Positions 28,590 through 38,483 are shown, numbered from the stretch's first letter. The stretch is 64,000 nucleotides of DNA from Candidatus Limnocylindrales bacterium (GCA_038248915.1 JBBRXB010000003.1:49091-113090), one strand, 5' to 3'. Notes: generated by a model not told the origin, from the sequence alone. Made by a program: numbers and translations.

Positions 28590-29509
28590 ACGGGACGATG
28601 GAGTTCGGGTTCGCCGCGCCGCCCGGCGATCGGGAGATGGGCCGAGTGGACCCGGCCACCTTTGCCGCCGACCTCCACAGCCTGATGGTCGTCGCTGGCC
28701 GGATCTTCGATTCGGTCTGGGTCTCGGACCACCTCATGGAGGGCGATCGCTACCGGATCGAGCCGTGGACCCAGCTGACCTGGCTGGCCGCGCGGGTGCC
28801 GGGTGTCCGGCTCGGCCACAGCGTGCTCGCGAACTCGTATCGGCACCCGGCGCTGATGGCCAAGATGGCGGCCAGCATCCAGGCGCTCAGCGGCGGCCGG
28901 TTCATCCTCGGCTACGGCGCCGGGTGGCTCGAGGACGAGTACCGCGCCTACGGCTACCCGTTCCCGCCGACCCGCGAGCGGATCGCCCGGATGGAGGAGG
29001 CGCTCCGGCTGATCAAGACGATGTGGACCGAGTCGCCGGCCACGTTCGAGGGCGAGTTCTACAGCGTGACGGAGGCCTGGTGCGAGCCGCGGCCCGATCC
29101 TCTGCCCCCGATCATGATCGGCGGGAGTGGCGAGCGATATCTGCTGCGGGCGGTCGCGGAGCACGCCGACTGGTGGCTGTCGTACGGGGACGTCCCGGCC
29201 GTGCAGGAGCGCAAGCTCGCTGCTCTGGCCGACCACTGTCGCGATGTCGGCCGCGACCCTGCGACGATCCGCAAGGCCATCCCGTGGACCGTGTACCTCC
29301 ACCGTGACCGCAACGCGGCCCGGCGCTGGGCGGGCGACGCGGTCGAGGGTGACCGGCCGGCCTTCGCCGGTGACCCGGCCGAGCTCCGCGACCGGATCGT
29401 CGAGGCGGCCGGACTCGGCTTCGACATGATCCAGCTCCGGTTCGCGGGATTGATGGACACGACCGATATCGAGCTGTTCGCCGATGAGGTGCTGCCCCAT
29501 GTCCGCTGA
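28586..29509 (+). CDS. LLM-class F420-dependent oxidoreductase
   Basis: LLM similarity; start overlaps the upstream stop. An alternative ATG is at 28598. Confidence 0.8.
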   Translation: MNGTMEFGFAAPPGDREMGRVDPATFAADLHSLMVVAGRIFDSVWVSDHLMEGDRYRIEPWTQLTWLAARVPGVRLGHSVLANSYRHPALMAKMAASIQALSGGRFILGYGAGWLEDEYRAYGYPFPPTRERIARMEEALRLIKTMWTESPATFEGEFYSVTEAWCEPRPDPLPPIMIGGSGERYLLRAVAEHADWWLSYGDVPAVQERKLAALADHCRDVGRDPATIRKAIPWTVYLHRDRNAARRWAGDAVEGDRPAFAGDPAELRDRIVEAAGLGFDMIQLRFAGLMDTTDIELFADEVLPHVR

Positions 29510-29526
29510 CCTCCCCGAGGCGGGTC

Positions 29527-30262
29527 GTGCCGGCGGCTGAGTTCGACCTGCCCGCCGGGCATCTCGACGCGCCCGCGCTACCGGCGGTCCGGTTCCCCGA
29601 GGACGGCCGGCCCGAGGCCGAGGTCATCGACGACGTCCGTGGCCGCTTCGACGAGGACCGCTACGCCCCCGACCAGAACTTCTCCATCACCTACTCCGGG
29701 ATCCCATCGGCGATCAGTCAGCAGGTCGAGGCGTTGGCTCACGGCCGGTTCTTCGTCGAGTGGGCGCGCGAGACGGAGCTCGGCATCTGGTCGATGGAGC
29801 GCGAAGCCGTCGCCATGATGGCGTCGCTGCTGGGCGGCGACGGCGGGACCGGTGGGTTCATGACCACCGGCGGCACCGAATCCAACCTGGCCGCCATGCG
29901 CTCGCCCGCAACACCGGCGGCCAGGCCGAGCCGGAGATCATCGCGCCGGTCACGATGCACTTCAGCTTCCGGCGCGGGGCCGAGCTCATGGCCATCCGGC
30001 TGGTCGAGGTCGACGTCGACGACACGACCTACCTGCCCCGCATCGAGGACGTCGAACGCGCGATCACGCCGCGGACGGTCGGGCTGATCTGGTCGGCGCG
30101 GACGGCTCGCTGAGCGCCTTCGACTACCTGATGTCGATGGACCGCTTCACCTTCGGTCACCCGTGCGGCGTCGTCACCGGCCCCAACGAGGCGCTCGTGT
30201 TCTGCTATGCCGGCGGCACCACCAAGACGAGCATCAACGGCGCCCGGTTGCGGATCGACTGA
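29527..30262 (+). pseudogene. Decayed group-II PLP-dependent decarboxylase gene (frameshifted and truncated)
   Basis: The N-terminal part, up to GGTESNLAAMRS, matches fold-type-I decarboxylases. The reading frame then shifts twice (around 29905 and 30090) through all three frames. Only ~245 codons remain, and the downstream PLP-lysine region is not recognisable. Confidence 0.55.
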
Positions 30263-30308
30263 GGGTGATCGAGCACAATCTGGCCGGCGACGGGCGAAGT
30301 GGCGGCGC

Positions 30309-30917
30309 TTACCGCGGCAAAGGGTTCGGGCCGGTCGCCGTCACGAGGCGCTGCGGGACCCAGTCATCGACGTGGACGAATCCCTCGTAGCGTGCTCCCT
30401 CGTCCTCGACGACGTCGAAGAAGGAGCGCCGGTAGAACTTGACGTGTGTGAAGTCCTCGAACAGCACGTAGACCGGTTCGACGTCGGGGCTCTGGAACTG
30501 CTGCCCAGTCAGCGCGACCCGATGCACTCGCGAGAACTCGTCGATGTCGTCACCGACGACGACGCCGAGATGCTCCAGGCCCATCCGGTAGACACGCTGG
30601 TGAACGGGCGGGATGAGCTCGATTCGCGAGACCGGAGTCCCATCGAGGACATCGAGCGGCTCGGCGAGGACGATCTTGGAGATCGGCCGGCCGTTCCACA
30701 CGCTTTCGAGGTTCGCGGTCGCGTAGCGTTCGAGCAAGGTCCGCATGTGGACGTACTGGTCCCAGTCCGGCACCCGGACGGCGAGGTGGCTGAGCGGGTA
30801 CGGGCGGATGTCGATGCCTCTGGCGAGCAGGCGGTCGCGCTGCTGCGCGGCGAATGCCCGATAGTCCCCGATGATGTCGCCGACCGGATCGGCCATGGCC
30901 TCCTCCTCGGCCGTCAT
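30309..30917 (-). CDS. VOC/glyoxalase-like or DUF-type small protein (uncertain family)
   Basis: Non-shadow composition. The start is placed at MMTAEEE to avoid overlap with the SDR gene; an alternative ATG at 30896 has a GAGGAGGAGG RBS. Confidence 0.45.
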   Translation of the reverse strand: MTAEEEAMADPVGDIIGDYRAFAAQQRDRLLARGIDIRPYPLSHLAVRVPDWDQYVHMRTLLERYATANLESVWNGRPISKIVLAEPLDVLDGTPVSRIELIPPVHQRVYRMGLEHLGVVVGDDIDEFSRVHRVALTGQQFQSPDVEPVYVLFEDFTHVKFYRRSFFDVVEDEGARYEGFVHVDDWVPQRLVTATGPNPLPR

Positions 30918-30957
30918 CATACGACGCGCTCTGCGGCGAACCGTCAGACGACTGGAC

Positions 30958-31716
30958 TCAATGGCCGGCGCGGCCACCCGAGATGTCGAACACCGCGCCG
31001 GTCGAGAACGAACACTCGTCCGAGGACAGCCAGGCGACGAGCGCCGCTACCTCAGGTGGCTGGCCGACGCGACCGACCGGGTGCCGCTTCCGCACTTCCT
31101 CCTGGGCCTCCGCGCTGACCTTTGCCCAGTTTCCGCTTGCGATCGTGCCCGGCGTGATCGCGTTGACGAGGATCCCGTGGGGGGCGACCTCGAAGGCCAC
31201 GGCCTTGGTCAGGCCGATGACGCCCGCCTTCGCCGCCGCGTAGGCGACGGGGTTGTGCTTGCCTTCCTTGCCGGCGATCGATGAGATGTTGATGATCCGG
31301 CCCCAGCCACGATCGAGCATCGTGGGCAAAACGGCCCGGCAGCCGTGGAAGACCCCGGTCAGGTCGATGTCGATGGTTCGCTGCCAGGCCGCGAGCGGCA
31401 TCTCCCACGTCGGGACGCTGTCCTCGGCGATGCCCGCGTTGTTGACCATGATGTCGATCCGGCCGGACCAGGCGAGGCCTGCCTGGACCATCGCCTCGAC
31501 GGTCGCGTAGTCGGCGACGTCCACGGCTACCGGCAGCGCCATCGCCCCCGACGGATCCAGTCGCTCGGCGAGGGCGCGCGCCGGCTCGAGCGCCACGTCC
31601 GCGACGAGGACCCGGATGCCATCGCGGACGAAGCGCCCGCACATGGCGGAGCCCAGCGCGCCGGCCGCGCCGGTCACGATGGCGACCCGGCGGTCATCGG
31701 TCGTCGCGTCGGTCAT
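30958..31716 (-). CDS. SDR-family NAD(P)-dependent oxidoreductase
   Basis: TGAAGALG glycine motif, NNAG, and catalytic S...Y...K (SSIAGKEG...YAAAK). GGAGG RBS. Confidence 0.85.
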   Translation of the reverse strand: MTDATTDDRRVAIVTGAAGALGSAMCGRFVRDGIRVLVADVALEPARALAERLDPSGAMALPVAVDVADYATVEAMVQAGLAWSGRIDIMVNNAGIAEDSVPTWEMPLAAWQRTIDIDLTGVFHGCRAVLPTMLDRGWGRIINISSIAGKEGKHNPVAYAAAKAGVIGLTKAVAFEVAPHGILVNAITPGTIASGNWAKVSAEAQEEVRKRHPVGRVGQPPEVAALVAWLSSDECSFSTGAVFDISGGRAGH

Positions 31717-31809
31717 CGTGGTGTCGCCTCCACTTACACTTCCAGCGTACAAGGACGCCCCTAGACGATTTCCAGTGTAGTCCGCCCCAACCGGCGGAGA
31801 GGAGCCGGC

Positions 31810-33090
31810 ATGCACATCGTGGACGTTCGGACGGTCCTGCTGACCGGCCCCAGCACGAACGACCCATATCTCGGCCGGAGCCGCCGGAGCGCGGCCTTCG
31901 TCGAGATCTTGACCGACACGGAGTTGACCGGCCTCGGCGAGACCTACGCCGGCTACTTCATCCCCGAGGCGATCCCGGCGATCGTCGACTTCTACCGTCC
32001 GATCCTGCTCGGTCAGACGGTCGACGACGTGCCGACACTCGCCGCGCGCCTGTTCCACACCGGGCGCTACTGGGCGCGGACCGGCCTCGGTCTGGCGGTC
32101 ATCACCGCACTCGAGGCGGCCCTCTGGGACCTGCGGGGCCACGAGCTGGGCCGCCCCGTCCACGAGCTGCTCGGTGGCCGCCGGCACGACAGCCTGCTCG
32201 GCTACGCGACCGGCGGCGGCACCGTCTACCCGCCGGCACGCCTCGCCGACAAGATCGACTTCTATCTCGGGCTCGGCTTCCGGGCGTTCAAGATCGGGAC
32301 GGGTGCTTCGACTCCCGACGGCGAGGAGTGCGCCTTCACCGAACCCGAGGCCGCCGCCGACTTCGAAGCCGAGAAGTTCGCGTTCGTGCGCGACCACGTC
32401 GGCCCCGACGTGGCCGTCCTGCTCGATGGTCATCAGGACAACCTCGCGATCCCGGGCTGGGAGGTGCCGACCGCGCTGGCCGTCGTCAGGGCCGTGGAAC
32501 CGTTCGACCTGTTCCTGTTCGAGGAGCCACTGCCCTACACCAACCCGTGGGGCTACGGCGAGTTGCGCGGCGCGACGAGCGTGCGGATCGCCGGCGGCGA
32601 GACGCTGACCGGCGTCCCGGAATGGCGGGTCTTCGCCGAGGAGGACGCTTTCGACATCGCCCAGCCCGACGCGGCGTTCTGCGGCGGACTCGGTGAGTTC
32701 CTGCGGATCGCGGCGCTGTTCGAATCACGCGGCCGCAAGATCGCGACCCATGCCTGGGGTGCCGGCGGTGCGCTGATGCAGAACATCCATGCCGCCTTCG
32801 CCGCGCCCAACACGGTCATCTGCGAGATCCCGCCCGCATTCGGGCCGCTGCACTCGGAGATCGTGGGCGACTCGTTCGTGATGCGTGACGGCCAGGTCCT
32901 GCCGCCGGACTCGCCCGGCCTGGGCATCCGGCTCCCGCCGGAGCTGCGCGACCGCTACCCGTTCGTGCCCGGCAGCGGCGAGTTCAACCCGGTCCCCGGC
33001 AAGCCGCTCACGGACGTTGGCTATCCGGGACTGGAACCCCAAGCTCCGAGTGCTCCGCGCCAGATCCCCGGAGATCGCCCCGGAGCGTGA
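31810..33090 (+). CDS. Enolase-superfamily protein (mandelate racemase/muconate lactonizing enzyme family; acid-sugar dehydratase-like)
   Basis: N-terminal capping domain followed by a barrel domain with metal-ligand spacing (LLDGHQDN..., FEEP...). GGAGAGGAG RBS. Confidence 0.85.
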   Translation: MHIVDVRTVLLTGPSTNDPYLGRSRRSAAFVEILTDTELTGLGETYAGYFIPEAIPAIVDFYRPILLGQTVDDVPTLAARLFHTGRYWARTGLGLAVITALEAALWDLRGHELGRPVHELLGGRRHDSLLGYATGGGTVYPPARLADKIDFYLGLGFRAFKIGTGASTPDGEECAFTEPEAAADFEAEKFAFVRDHVGPDVAVLLDGHQDNLAIPGWEVPTALAVVRAVEPFDLFLFEEPLPYTNPWGYGELRGATSVRIAGGETLTGVPEWRVFAEEDAFDIAQPDAAFCGGLGEFLRIAALFESRGRKIATHAWGAGGALMQNIHAAFAAPNTVICEIPPAFGPLHSEIVGDSFVMRDGQVLPPDSPGLGIRLPPELRDRYPFVPGSGEFNPVPGKPLTDVGYPGLEPQAPSAPRQIPGDRPGA

Positions 33091-34381
33091 CGCCGTCACG
33101 CCCGACCGCCAGGGTCGGGATCTGGGGCCGGATGTACAGCGCCACCGCGGCCGCCAAGGCCAGTCCGACTCCGCACAGGGCCAGGGCATGCCGGGCGCCG
33201 ATCTGCTCGGCCACGATCCCGACGACGATCGCACCGATCGGCATCATCCCCCAATAGAGGGTGGCGAACAGGCTGACCATCCGGCCGCGCAGCCGGGGCG
33301 GGGAGATGGCCTGGGTGAGGGTCAGCGTGGCCGCGGCGAACGTCAGGAAGCTCGCGCCGACGATCGGCAGGACACCGATGGCGAGCGCGGCGCCCGGCAC
33401 GAGCCCGAAGGCCGTGAGCCCGATGGCCGCCCCGAACATCCCGCAGAACAGCGCCCGGCCATGGCCGATCCGCCGCTGGATGGTCTCGAGCGAGACGCCC
33501 GCGATGAGGCCGCCGATCCCGACCGTGACCATCAGGATGCCGAGGCCGGCCGCACCGATGCCGAGCTCCTCCGCCGCGACCGGCAGCATGTACACGTAGC
33601 TCAGACCGATCGCGCCGGGGGCGATGGCCAGGATGATCAGCACGCCGAGGGTCGGGTGGCTGGTGGCGTACCGGAACGCCTCCGTGAGCGGTCCGAGGAG
33701 GCTGGCGCTCGGACGGTCATCGGGTGCATGGGTGGTGGTCGTATGGACCCACAGGAGGACCACGACCGGGAACGCGAACAGGATCGCGGCGATGAAGAAC
33801 GCGAGGGACGTGGTCGTCGTCGCCAACAGGAAGCCACCGAGCAGGCCGCCGATGATCCGGGCGACGTTCATGTGCAGGAAGTTGAGGGCCGTCGCGCTCG
33901 ACACGGCCTTTGGCGGAACGAGGTCGTTGACGATGGCGACCGACGCCGGTGCACCGATCGTCTGGCCGATGCCGAACAGCAGCGCCAGGCCGAGGACCGC
34001 GAGATATGGCGGCGAACCGCCGAGGGCGACGATGCCCTGGATCACGCCGACCATGGACAGGGCCGCGAACGAGGCCATCAGCATCGCCCGCGCACCGAAC
34101 CGGTCGGTCAGCACGCCCGCATGTGGCGAGAGGAGCAGGACCGGCAGGCCGGTCATGGTGAACGCCAGCCCGACCGCGGCCGCGGAGCCGGTCACCTGGA
34201 GCACGTACCAGCCGAGGGCCGCGTTGTACAGGAAGCTGCCGCTGGTCGAGCCGAGCATGGCCGCGATGAACCAGCGGAACGGGGGGTACTCGAACGCGGT
34301 CCAGCCGACGCGATCGAGTCGCGAGTCGGCTCTCGTCACGACTTGGGCGGGCGGTCGGGCCACGCGGGCAGTGTAAGTCAC
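33008..34381 (-). CDS. MFS transporter
   Basis: 12 predicted TM helices and MFS loop motifs (GVLTDRFGAR). 83-bp convergent overlap with the enolase gene 3' end. Confidence 0.75.
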   Translation of the reverse strand: MTYTARVARPPAQVVTRADSRLDRVGWTAFEYPPFRWFIAAMLGSTSGSFLYNAALGWYVLQVTGSAAAVGLAFTMTGLPVLLLSPHAGVLTDRFGARAMLMASFAALSMVGVIQGIVALGGSPPYLAVLGLALLFGIGQTIGAPASVAIVNDLVPPKAVSSATALNFLHMNVARIIGGLLGGFLLATTTTSLAFFIAAILFAFPVVVLLWVHTTTTHAPDDRPSASLLGPLTEAFRYATSHPTLGVLIILAIAPGAIGLSYVYMLPVAAEELGIGAAGLGILMVTVGIGGLIAGVSLETIQRRIGHGRALFCGMFGAAIGLTAFGLVPGAALAIGVLPIVGASFLTFAAATLTLTQAISPPRLRGRMVSLFATLYWGMMPIGAIVVGIVAEQIGARHALALCGVGLALAAAVALYIRPQIPTLAVGRDGVTLRGDLRGSGAEHSELGVPVPDSQRP

Positions 34382-34466
34382 ACTGGATACTCGGGGTCGA
34401 GTTGCAGTGCTACGCTAGCTCGTGATGGGCTACGCAGCGTCAACGACCCGGACCGGCCGGGCGGGC

Positions 34467-35582
34467 ATGATCGATCTTCGGTCCGACACGGTCACCATGC
34501 CGTCGCCGGCGATGCGCCGCGCGATGGCCGGGGCCGAGGTCGGCGACGACGTCTTCGGCGAGGACCCGACCGTCCGTGCCCTCGAGGAGCGCTCGGCTGA
34601 GCTGCTGGGGAGCCAGGATGGCCTGCTCGTCTCGAGCGGCACGATGGGTAACCTGGTCGGCCTGATGGCCCACGTCCCCCGCGGCGGCGAGATCATCGGG
34701 CCGGCCGACATCCACACCTTCAGCAGCGAGGGTGCCGGGCACGCCGTCATCGCCGGCGCCTCGGTCCGGCAGATCCAGTGGGACGACGACGGCCGGATGG
34801 ACATGGCCGCCATCCGCGCGGCCATCCGCGATCCCGATGACGTCCACGAGCCGATCACCTCGATGCTGACCGTCGAGAACACCCACGCCCTGTCGATGGG
34901 CCAGCCGCTCCCGCCGGACTACATGGCGTCTGTGGCGGAGGTCGCGCGCGACATCGGCGTGCCGCTGTTCATCGATGGTGCGCGACTGTTCAACGCGGCG
35001 GTCGCGCTGGGCGTACCGGCCCGCGAGCTGGTCCCGGCCGGCGCCTCGGCGACCTTCTGCCTGTCCAAGAGCCTCGGCTGTCCGGTCGGCTCGGTCGTGG
35101 TCGGCGATGGCGCGTTCATCGCTCGCGCGCGACGTGCCCGCAAGATGGTCGGTGGCGGGATGCGCCAGGCCGGGATCATCGCCGCGGCCGGCGTCGTCGC
35201 GCTCCAGGACGGCCCAGACGGGATGATCGACCGCCTCGCCGACGATCACGCCAACGCCCGCTACCTCGCCGACGCACTGGCCTCGATGACCGGGGTGCGC
35301 CGGATCGACCCGTCGCGTGTCCGCACGAACTTCGTGCTGTTCGGCGTCGGCGACGACGAGCACTGGCCGGATGACGTCGCCGGTCGCGAGCGCGTGGTCA
35401 GGACACGAGCCGCCTTCCTGAGCGCCCTCCACGACCGCGGCGTCCGGATGATCGAGTACCCGAAGGGCCTCATCCGGGCGATTCCCCACTACGGCGTCGA
35501 GCGAGCCGATATCGACACGGCCATCGCCACCGCACGTGCTGCGCTCACGGACATCGGGCTGGCCCCCGCCGTTCCCGTCTGA
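34467..35582 (+). CDS. ltaE: Low-specificity L-threonine aldolase (PLP, beta-eliminating lyase family)
   Basis: Classic N-terminus MIDLRSDTVTMPSPAMRRAMAGAEVGDDVFGEDPTV and the GTMGNL motif. Confidence 0.8.
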   Translation: MIDLRSDTVTMPSPAMRRAMAGAEVGDDVFGEDPTVRALEERSAELLGSQDGLLVSSGTMGNLVGLMAHVPRGGEIIGPADIHTFSSEGAGHAVIAGASVRQIQWDDDGRMDMAAIRAAIRDPDDVHEPITSMLTVENTHALSMGQPLPPDYMASVAEVARDIGVPLFIDGARLFNAAVALGVPARELVPAGASATFCLSKSLGCPVGSVVVGDGAFIARARRARKMVGGGMRQAGIIAAAGVVALQDGPDGMIDRLADDHANARYLADALASMTGVRRIDPSRVRTNFVLFGVGDDEHWPDDVAGRERVVRTRAAFLSALHDRGVRMIEYPKGLIRAIPHYGVERADIDTAIATARAALTDIGLAPAVPV

Positions 35583-35604
35583 TCGGACGGGATCAGGGAC
35601 CGCG

Positions 35605-36024
35605 TCACTCGTCGTAGCGCCATTGAAAGCGTTCGGGGGTCACGACAAGCAGGACCCGGTCCGCCTTGATCCCCTCCCAGTGGGCCTGCGCGTCGGCCTC
35701 GACGGGTTCGTACTTGCGGATCAGGTCGAGCGTTCGCTTACGAACGTCGCCCTCGACGACCTCGGCGATCCCGAACACCTGCACGTAGTTGGACCGACGG
35801 CCCGGGCCGTCGATACACAGCGTGATCCGCGGGTCGCGCTTGGCGTTCTTGACCTTGACCGTCCAGTCGAGCGTGCTGACCCAGAACCGCTCGCCATCCC
35901 AGTAGAACCAGTTGGGCGTCAGCTGCGGCCGTCCATCGGCCATGATCGTGGCGACGATGGCGTGCGGCCGCTCGCGCAGGAACGTCGCCTGCGACTCGGT
36001 CAGGTCCGCCGCGGTGCTGGCCAT
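35605..36024 (-). CDS. PPOX-class F420-dependent enzyme family protein (second paralog)
   Basis: RPQLTPNWFYW...FQWRYDE. ATGA overlap with the E1 stop. Confidence 0.75.
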   Translation of the reverse strand: MASTAADLTESQATFLRERPHAIVATIMADGRPQLTPNWFYWDGERFWVSTLDWTVKVKNAKRDPRITLCIDGPGRRSNYVQVFGIAEVVEGDVRKRTLDLIRKYEPVEADAQAHWEGIKADRVLLVVTPERFQWRYDE

Positions 36025-38483
36025 CAGCGGTCCTCCAGGTCCAGCGCGAGGATCGCGGCCTCGACGATGTGGTCGGCGTCGATGCCGGCGTAGGCGTACA
36101 GATCAGGGATCGTCCCCGACTGCCCGAAGGTGTCGACCCCGAGCGGCACGACCGGCGCGCCGAAGACGCCGCCGATGAACGACAGCCCATGCGACGCTCC
36201 GTCCGCGACGGTCACGATGGGCGCACGCCGTTGCCCGGCCGGGATGAGCGTGCCCAGGTGGCCAACGTCGTCGCGCCGACCGCGTCGCATGGCATCGAGC
36301 CGACCGCCGTGCTGGCTCGCCGCCAGCCGCTCCGCTGACGTGATCACGATGAGGTTGGCCGCGATCTCCTCCTCGTGGAGCGTCCGGACCGCGGCGACGG
36401 CTTCCGGCACGATCGCGCCGGCGGCGACGACGTGGACGACCGGGCTGGCGGGTGGCAGCGGTTCAAGCGCCTCAGTCGAGTCGATCAGCCGGTAGCCGCC
36501 GGCCAGGACGGCGTCGCGCCAACCATCGAGCCCGAGACGCGCCTCCACCGGCGCCGCCAGCCCCTGGTCGATGGGCCGCGTCGCGAGCCGCAGGTACGTG
36601 GCGAAGCCCTCATCGGGCGACAGGCAGCCGCGGATCCCCTCGAGCAGCGTCCAGGCGACCTCGCGGGCGAAGACCGGCTCGTAGCTGCGCAGGCCGGGCA
36701 GCTCGATGCCGAGCGACGGGGTCACGGTCGACTGGTGGGCGCCACCCTCCGGCGCCAGCGATACGCCCGATGGCGTCCCGACGAGCACGAACCGCGACTT
36801 GACGTACAGCGCATAGATCAGCGCATCGAGGCCGCGCGCGATGAACGGGTCGTAGACCGAGCCGATGGGCGCCAGCCGCTCACCGAACAGCTCGCCCGTG
36901 AGCCCGAACTGGCTGAGCCACAGGAACAGGTTCATCTCGCTGATGCCGAGTTCGATGTGGCGGCCGGCGGGTCCCGGCTCCCAGACCAGCGGCCGCTTGA
37001 CGTCATGCCGGTCCGGACCGGCCTCGGAGGAGAACACGCCGGCCCGGTTGATCCAGCCACCGAGATTCGTCGAGACCGCCACGTCCGGAGCCGCGGTCAC
37101 GATCCGGCCGCCGATTTCCGGATCGCGCGCGAGCGCGGCGAGCGTGTCGCCGAAGGCCTGCTGGGTGCTCGTGGCGGCGCCGATCCGGATATCCGGCATC
37201 GTGATCGTCGGGGCTGTCGCGGGTGCGATCGGCCGGCGTGGCATGTCGTAGCCCAGTTCCGTCCGGCGTCGTGCGGCCAGCTCCGCCTCGGCACTGCCAG
37301 GCGCGAACCCAGCCCACACGTCGTCGGGATCGATCCCGAGCGTGCGCCCGAGCTGCTCGACCTGCTCCTGCCCGAGGTGCGCCGAGTGGTTCAGGCTGTC
37401 GCCCGCGAACGGCAGCCGCCAGCCCTTGATCGTGTACGCGAAGATGACCGTCGGGCGGTCGCGCTCGGCATCGGCGGCCCGGAATGTGCGCTCGAGCTCG
37501 GACTGGTCGTGGCCGCCGAGATCGCCGACGAGGGACGGCAAGTCGTCATCGGGGACGTCGCGGACGTTGCGAGCGAGGTCGTCGCGGCGGGTCGGTGGCG
37601 CCCCCTCGAGCAGCCGCTCGCGAAGCTCCGCGCCGGGCCGACGGATGAGGATCTGGTAGTCCTCGTTCTCCATGTCGTCGATCCGGTCCCTCAACGCCGC
37701 ACCGCCGGGCATCGCGAACCGTTCCTGGAGCCGGTGGCCGTACTTCGCCTCGATGGCGTGCCAGCCGGCAGCGGCGAACATCCCCTCCACCCGCCGGATG
37801 CGGATGCCGGGCACGACCCGGTCCAGGCTCTGGCGGTTGAGGTCGACGATCATCGTCACGTTGGCGAGGTTGCCGAGCCCTTCCTCGAGGATCGCCTCCC
37901 AGACGTTGCCCTCATCGAGCTCGGCGTCGCCGACGAGGGCGACGAACCTGCGCTCCGGCTGGCTGGCGATCGATTCTCGGAAATGGAGGCGCAGGTAGCG
38001 GTCGGCCAGCGCCGCGAACATCGGCGCGACCGCGCCGAGCCCGACCGAGCCCGTCGAGAAGTCGACCGGATCCGGATCCTTGGTCCGCGACGGGTAGGAC
38101 TGGAGCCCACCGAACTCGCGCAGGCGCGGCAGCATCGAGACGTCCAGGTTGCCGAGCAGGTACTGGAGCGAGTGATAGGCGGGCGAGGCATGCGGCTTGA
38201 TGGCCACGAGGTCGCCCGCGCGCAGCCAGCGGAAGTAGAGCGCGGTCAGGATCGACACGACCGACGCGCTCGAGGCCTGGTGCCCGCCGACCTTGATGCC
38301 GTCGTGGCTCGGGCGGACGTGATTGGCCTCATGGATCATCCGGACCGCCAGCCACAGGATCCGGGCGGCGACCGCGTCGAGCGTGGCCGAGTCGAGCGCC
38401 GTGGCGGACGGGACGGTTCCGGCCGGCGGCCGCGGGCGCGGGCGCGGGCGTGGCGGTCTGACCTCGGGATCGCTGACCGCCAC
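36024..38483 (-). CDS. Homodimeric AceE-type 2-oxo-acid dehydrogenase E1 component (ThDP-dependent), stand-alone
   Basis: GGHQASSAS, GDLVAIKPHASP and SYPSR...GSVGLGAV motifs align with E. coli AceE. No E2/E3 genes are nearby. Pro-rich N-terminus. Confidence 0.8.
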   Translation of the reverse strand: MAVSDPEVRPPRPRPRPRPPAGTVPSATALDSATLDAVAARILWLAVRMIHEANHVRPSHDGIKVGGHQASSASVVSILTALYFRWLRAGDLVAIKPHASPAYHSLQYLLGNLDVSMLPRLREFGGLQSYPSRTKDPDPVDFSTGSVGLGAVAPMFAALADRYLRLHFRESIASQPERRFVALVGDAELDEGNVWEAILEEGLGNLANVTMIVDLNRQSLDRVVPGIRIRRVEGMFAAAGWHAIEAKYGHRLQERFAMPGGAALRDRIDDMENEDYQILIRRPGAELRERLLEGAPPTRRDDLARNVRDVPDDDLPSLVGDLGGHDQSELERTFRAADAERDRPTVIFAYTIKGWRLPFAGDSLNHSAHLGQEQVEQLGRTLGIDPDDVWAGFAPGSAEAELAARRRTELGYDMPRRPIAPATAPTITMPDIRIGAATSTQQAFGDTLAALARDPEIGGRIVTAAPDVAVSTNLGGWINRAGVFSSEAGPDRHDVKRPLVWEPGPAGRHIELGISEMNLFLWLSQFGLTGELFGERLAPIGSVYDPFIARGLDALIYALYVKSRFVLVGTPSGVSLAPEGGAHQSTVTPSLGIELPGLRSYEPVFAREVAWTLLEGIRGCLSPDEGFATYLRLATRPIDQGLAAPVEARLGLDGWRDAVLAGGYRLIDSTEALEPLPPASPVVHVVAAGAIVPEAVAAVRTLHEEEIAANLIVITSAERLAASQHGGRLDAMRRGRRDDVGHLGTLIPAGQRRAPIVTVADGASHGLSFIGGVFGAPVVPLGVDTFGQSGTIPDLYAYAGIDADHIVEAAILALDLEDR

